From the human T2T-CHM13v2.0 reference genome, Homo sapiens, in assembly GCF_009914755.1 (NCBI RefSeq), contig NC_060945.1: a DNA stretch of 64,000 nt. One strand, 5' to 3'. The translations under genes and the position numbers were made by a program. The notes beneath the pieces were generated by a model. The model was not told the origin of the DNA. It did not search any database and saw only the letters and a program-made list of their open reading frames with translations. Positions 57,916-64,000 of this stretch are shown in pieces. Every line of letters begins with the position of its first letter. The first letter of the stretch is position 1.

Positions 57916-60038
57916 GTAATTTTTTCTTTAAAAAGAGAAAGATAAATGAAAGAAAACATGTCATGTGCATGAGAAGTAGACTAAATTCAGGGCCTATCTT
58001 CTTTGAGGAGCCAAAGCTGGGCAAAGAGTGCTTGTGAGCCCTAGCAGGACTCTGTTCATATCTCTGTCACAGCAGCTAGCGTCTTCTGTTATTATTTATC
58101 TGTTTACCTGTCTTGTCTGTCCACTTGATCGTGAACTCCTTCAGTGAGGATGCTCACTTTTACTGGTCACTGATTTTACTGTCACAAAACCAACCATGGC
58201 AACTGGCATTCAGTAAAGCCCATTACTCTTTTTAAAAATAATGATCCACAATTTTCTCCAGTGGCCAAGTCACTCCTGGGTTGTGAGGTGGTGTAGAAGT
58301 GTATTGATTCATTCAGCCTCTGTGGGAACCCAGAAGAGGAGCCTTGGGGATTTTGAGCTATTTTGTAAATGCCTATCTTTCTGTAGGCATTTACTGCCAG
58401 CCTCACATGGTGGCTTGCAAGTATGTTTTAGAGCCAGGAAGACCTTGTTGCTGTGTGTCCTTGAATGAGATTCTAAACTTTCTGAGCTTCAGTTGATTCT
58501 TTACCTATAAAGTATTTCACAGGAATAATGAGAAGATCAAATAATCAGATGATGTATGTGGAAGTGTTGGTGCATGTTGTTAAGACCTGCACACATAGTA
58601 ACAAGAAAGGACATTGAAATGGCTGCCTCAGTCATTTCTTCAACCTTACCCTGTCATGAAGGAATCTGGACTCATTTTTTTAAAAATTCAGATTCTGATA
58701 AGGTAAAAGAGCTATGACAAGTGGCAGTTTAGGAACATGAACACTTGGACCCGCTCTGAGATGGACAGGGTGGAGCTATGCTTGGTCCCTAAATATGTTC
58801 CTCTAATGGGAAGACAGACAGGAGTGTTAGGCTCCATCCTCCTTTGCTTTTCTATTTCTTGACTCTGATTTATTGCCTATATTTAGCAGCTGGAAATTCA
58901 TTTAGCTTGACAAATATCCCTTTTAGAGACATCAATGCTTTGAAAAAGTTTCAAGGACTATTACACGTTCACACATCAGTGTGAACTATTTTAATTTCAG
59001 TTTTATTTCCTATACTTAATGAGGGTTAGTTGACTGGAGAAATAAAGAGACAGGTATAGGTAAATGGGGGAATGGGATAGTTTTTGCATTTGAAAATATT
59101 GTGGTCCTGCCTGAAAAGAAGTGTCTATTGGGTTGTAAGCTGTACTCTTAATAACCATCCAACGTTTCCAGGATCTAGTGTGATAAATATCACCTAGAAT
59201 GCACATTATACGTCTAATGGTTGAAGAATCTTTAGGTTTCTTAATCTGGCTTTAGACTCAGGAAAAGTGGACAGCATTTTCTTCTTTTTCTTCTCAATCT
59301 CCATCCCTTCTTCTGAGGCAGGGACCCTTGCTTCTAGGAAATGTAACTCTGGCTAAATATACCTGTCTATTGATTTTCATCCAAGGCTGTGCTTTAGGTT
59401 GTGAACAATTGACTCCTAGCTCCATGAAGAGTGTGTGTAAATTGGGCCCTGACTGTACTTCTAATTAAACCTTCACTTAGACACTGAGGAGAAGGGAATC
59501 TAATTTTTAATTAAGTAAGTATTGAAGGGTGGAGAAAATAACTGTTTTTAGCCACTTGATTAAGTGATAGGATGTGGTCTCTTTAAATCTTATTTCTATT
59601 AATGTCAAGTATGTGAGTGTTGGAGGAACTACCGTAATATTTGAAACTGACAGTGTTCAATAGCCTAGCAATATCACTCTCTTGTAAAATAAAACTTGAA
59701 CTTGTAGACAAATACACCCCACAGCTTGATGTCTGGTTTTTCTTTCCTTTGCTATCTGCACTAAAAGTGCAGAAGCTAAGAGATCATTGCTGCTGCCAAT
59801 CCAATCAACTAAGTCCCAAGTCCTATTCAGTTTAAACTTTCCTTCTTAAAATGAGAAAAGGGTGACCATTTTTTCCCCTATTGTCTCTACAGAGGGACCT
59901 ACAGAAGGTCCTTTAAATGTAGACTAGAAGAGTATCAAAATATAGTAAAGGTCAGGCTATTCCTGGGAAATGTACAGTATATATATGCTGAGTGACCTCA
60001 GTCTTCTGTTTCCAAACCTGTAATCAGCAAAACAGAAC

Positions 60039-60083
60039 TGTGTATGTGTGTGTGTGTGTGTGTGTATGTGCACGCATGTGTGT
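60039..60083. repeat. (TG)n microsatellite
   Basis: Seen directly. Confidence 0.9.
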
Positions 60084-62384
60084 ACCTGTGTCTTTTAAAC
60101 CCAAGTAGTCATGTGGCTTTATCTGTTACTTGAAGTAAATGAATATGTTCTCAGGAAATGAATGTCTCCCTTTAAAGAAGTCAGATCTCATGATTCATGT
60201 GTGCTGGAGACAGAGGTACAGTTAAGAAGATGCCTGGACATTTGACATTTCAGTACTGTTCTACGAACTAGGAGGAGTGCCTCCAGGGAGCGGAACCTCA
60301 GTTTTCAAGCTTCACAGTGAAAGCAGACAGTAGTCATTTACCAGTGAGAAGTAGTGGAGGGTGGATCAGTTACTTGTGGGGAGGAGCACTCAATATCTAA
60401 ATTACCTGGCCCTGATTTCTTTCACTTTGTAAGCTGGCACAAGGGAGCAGCCATGTGTTATCTAGGACAACTGAGAAAAGCATTTGAAAATGAGTGCCCA
60501 AATGACATTAAGCAAACTTTTTTTAAAAAGCGATGCAATAAAAAGGGTATTCAGAGAGCCACTAGTATCTATCTTCTAAACCTAGACAGTGATTCATGTA
60601 AACTCAACATCTAAAGTGGCTGAGGGAAATAATCAGGTATCTAGGGCAAAGATAAAGGTATATGTGTTTCCTGTATTACGAACCTTATATAACAAATATT
60701 TTAGTGAGGGATGTTGTAAAGATTGCTACCTTCCTCTTTTGGAAAGAATTTTGGGTGAATAATACTATTCTAAAATAAGTCAGAGTACGAGGAAAGCTTT
60801 TGGGATTTCAATATGATGAAGGTGAATTTTTGTTTAAGTTGGAGACTTCTGGAAAAAGTGCAATGTGTTTGTTGGGTCTGAGTGGGTCGCCTGTGCTAGA
60901 ACTCAGGTTACCGTGAATTTTTGACGGAGTTATAACACAAAACAGCACACCACAGTATATACAACTTACAATGTGGAACATGATGGGCTACCAGGAGGGA
61001 AGAGGCATGAAGGCATGGAGGATCAAGATCAGAAAGTTACAACCCTCGGGAGTGTGTGTGGCTCTTGCAGTTTAGTGACAAATAGAGGACATCCCCCCTC
61101 CCCTTTATATAATTTCAAAGCTTGGATTCCATTCCCTGGGACATTTGTATTAGATTAATTCAAAGTGCCCAGAGTCTCAAGATGGATTAGTGTAATAGGT
61201 TTTTTTTTTTTTTTTTCTTTTTCTGGGTGCCGGTTAGGTTCATCTATTTACCAGTAAAATTTTAGTGAGGAAACCAGATCGCCTTCTACATGCACTTAGT
61301 AGCCTTGTTCACTGAAGATTAAAACAAGGCTTTTAAACCTATGCTTTGAAAACTTAAAAAGAAAAAATTTTTGAATTCATCACTGAGTACTACTAAGAGG
61401 GGGACAAGGTTTTTGGCTACAGGGAGAAACTTGTGTACACTTTCTGTGACATAGCTGATAATTTGAAAGATGAAAGTGAACCTGACAAAACTGTTCAAGT
61501 TGAACAACCTGAAGCAATTTAAGGTCCATTCATCAGTCCATAGATTTTTTTTACCAAGTAGTTTTAGAGAGAGAGAGACAGAGAGGGAAGGAAGGAGAGG
61601 AGGAAGAGAAAGAGAGAGAAGAGATGAAAGAAAATGTTTGCTTACCACGGGGACATTTCTCTGATCCAAATGTTTTTAATGTCTCATATTTGCTTACATA
61701 AATCTATGCACATTCATTGGCAACATGGCACTGTATAATAAACTATAAAATAGTGGGTGTTATAATTCACAAGATAATCTCATTTCCTTTCCAAGGTCCC
61801 TAACGTTTGTGTCCTCTTTAGAACTGTGGCTCTAAAACAAATTGCAAGACAGTATACTCTGATGAAGATATCACACAAAACAAAAGATAGCTCATGAGAA
61901 AAGGAAATTTCTGAAAATGGTTCATATTTTGTGGTGGTGACATTACAGGAGGTGTCCTAGCCTTCTGAGGCTGTAGCCTATCTGACTAGTCTCATGGATC
62001 AAATCTATTGTGATTTTTATCCCCCTTAAGGAAAATATTTAGTGATTTGAGAAGGAATATAAATAGGTCAGTGTCTCCTTCTGTTACAGTTGCCTGCTTT
62101 CAATCCTAACAAGGACTGATCCTGCCTGGGAGAAACAAAAATAATCTTGGGGGAAATATTTAATCCATAATTATTTAATCCACTGCAAACCTGTTTTCAA
62201 TTCACAGGTGATGTTGTTGAGAGAGATAACATATTCAATCACTCCTCTCTCTTTACATGGAACTTCCCTTCTAAACTGCAATTGGAGAGCTACAGGTCTG
62301 GTAACATTGGAAGGGCACAGGCCTTTCCAATGACATTCCCCATCCCACCCCCAGGTTTCCTGCAGTTGTTGTCAGAGTACAAAC

Positions 62385-62429
62385 CTTCTTCCACACTTTA
62401 TACAAGTGTTTAGACACTTCGCCAGCAGC
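62385..62429 (-). CDS. GRIK1: 45-nt alternative cassette exon (exon 9; GluK1-1 ATD insert) AAGEVSKHLYKVWKK
   Basis: ttctctctgaaaaccaag|GCT GCT GGC GAA...AAG AAG|gtttgt; 15 codons, phase 0/0; too short for the ORF track. Confidence 0.96.
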
Positions 62430-62812
62430 CTTGGTTTTCAGAGAGAAAAATAAAATAAAAACAGCACTTAATTAAAATGGAGCGTGAAACCCAGAAGGAA
62501 TCATGGTGTGTGAGTGCTTAGAGTGTTACAGTTCCCACCCATTGTTTGGAATTTGCATCTTAATTCAATATAAAGCCTGACAATAGGTACAGCAAAGAGA
62601 CGAATCAAGACTTGGGTCTCACAGAAGTTACCTGGTGGTAAGACTCAATTTTTACTTTTCCTTTCACACACCAAGAAATGCCTTAAAGTGCTTTTCAATG
62701 TATACAGGTATGCTGCAGTATTAAGGGTCTTCATTGTTCCTTAAGAAGACCCTTTTAAGGCATTGGTAACTAAAATCAATCAATTAACCAACCAACCAGC
62801 AAATCAATCAAT

Positions 62813-62845
<33 letters not shown>

Positions 62846-62855
62846 GACACACACA
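62813..62855. repeat. (CA)n microsatellite
   Basis: Seen directly; reads (UG)n in the pre-mRNA. Confidence 0.9.
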
Positions 62856-64000
62856 TATAAAGAAGAAGTATGCTTGATGACTTGTTCTTTGATTATGGGT
62901 TTCTGGGCAGTAGAAATTTGAGTGAAAGTGAGAATGGGATTTTTCTAATAATTTTCCCTATTGACTCCAAGAGAGGCTGACATAAAAAGATTGGGCATTT
63001 CCTCCCTCGGCTCCTGAGAGAGATGTGTTGGCTTCCCTCATTGCCTTAAGGCCCAATCAGCCTTCTCAGGAATTGAGCCCAAGACACCTGAAGAAAGAAA
63101 AGTTATTGCAAACAATGAAGAGATAAGAAACCAACACAAAACACTTTCATCTAATTTGATTTTGCCTTTGATGGAAAAACACCAATGCAATGTGCATAAT
63201 ATTACGGTGTATAGATAGCTGTGAAAGCATAACAATAGCTCCATCTATTTCATCATTCACCTAGCCAAAAAGATGTTTCCTTAACAGCTTTTCTTCCCCC
63301 TTCAGTGCTATACATAAGAGGAGAACAGAGTTGGGGAAAGACTCATGCTTCGAGAAGCAGACATTTTCTTAAAAAAATTATAGGCTTTTAGATCATAACA
63401 AGTATTTTTTTTCTTTTGTTCCCTCCAGCCAACATCCCATGCACCATCGTGGAGACTGGCTGGATGCCCTGTGCTCTATCAGGGCATGTCAGACCAACAG
63501 AGGGGCAAATCAGAGTGAAGAGGAAGCCAGAAGATGGGAGAGACATTTTTGAAGTGAGTAACCTGCATGTATAATGTGTACTCTCAAAACTGCAAACAAA
63601 TTATTTTCCTCAAATATTTCACACTGGTGGTCACCTTCTAATACATTCAGCCTAAATGATCTTTGTTTCCATTAATGTTTTTTTGAGGGGGAGGGGTAGT
63701 TAGCACCTGCAAAAAAAATGTGTCCTGGTTAACAAAAGCAAGAAAACGGAAATGAAAACCTTACCTCATTTTAAAAAATCAACCCAACTAATCTAATTAA
63801 TCAAGCAATCGATTGTTCCCAAAGCCACTCTTACATTAAGCACACTGTCTTATTCACTATAGTGGGAAAAAAAATGTCAGATTATAGAGTTTTCTGTTGA
63901 GGTGATTGCTTTGGGGGTTTCAATTGTTTTTCTATAAGATTGTCAGTGCAAAATCTTCAAACTGTAAGTGTTAATTCTGACGTATAGTCATGAATATTAA

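Noticed and set aside
61494-61508. Palindrome tgttcaa-g-ttgaaca
   Set aside because: 7-bp arms are expected by chance in 64 kb, with no supporting context.

Overview
Primate, almost certainly human, genomic DNA covering the 3' part of GRIK1 (kainate receptor GluK1/GluR5) on the minus strand. I read eight internal coding exons directly from the sequence, all with GT-AG boundaries and consistent phases. They run from the 45-nt ATD insert exon through the S1, M1, M2 (Q/R), M3, S2 and M4 exons. Four alternative C-terminal exons follow: d (19393-19542), c (3640-3726), a (3519-3620) and b (3072-3227), with the 3' UTR ending near 2770. The introns hold about 16 Alus, THE1/MST, MER39 and MLT LTRs, Tigger and MER20 DNA transposons, L1 fragments and microsatellites. 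Most ORFs in the supplied track are repeat-derived or antisense noise. I found no new protein-coding system; the interesting signal is RNA-level regulation. (1) A long-range Q/R editing duplex (arm 45613-45720 pairs with 47197-47327) buries the 5' splice site and loops out a self-complementary microsatellite. (2) Exons c and a are only 19 nt apart, implying steric mutual exclusion, and exon a is a predicted NMD substrate. (3) A candidate 92-nt poison exon opens with an in-frame TGA upstream of the 45-nt exon. (4) Exon d has an RBFOX motif inside its acceptor and a genomic A15 run just after its stop. (5) Inverted Alus bracket individual exons. Exon numbers, isoform names and repeat subfamilies are from recall, not from a database search.
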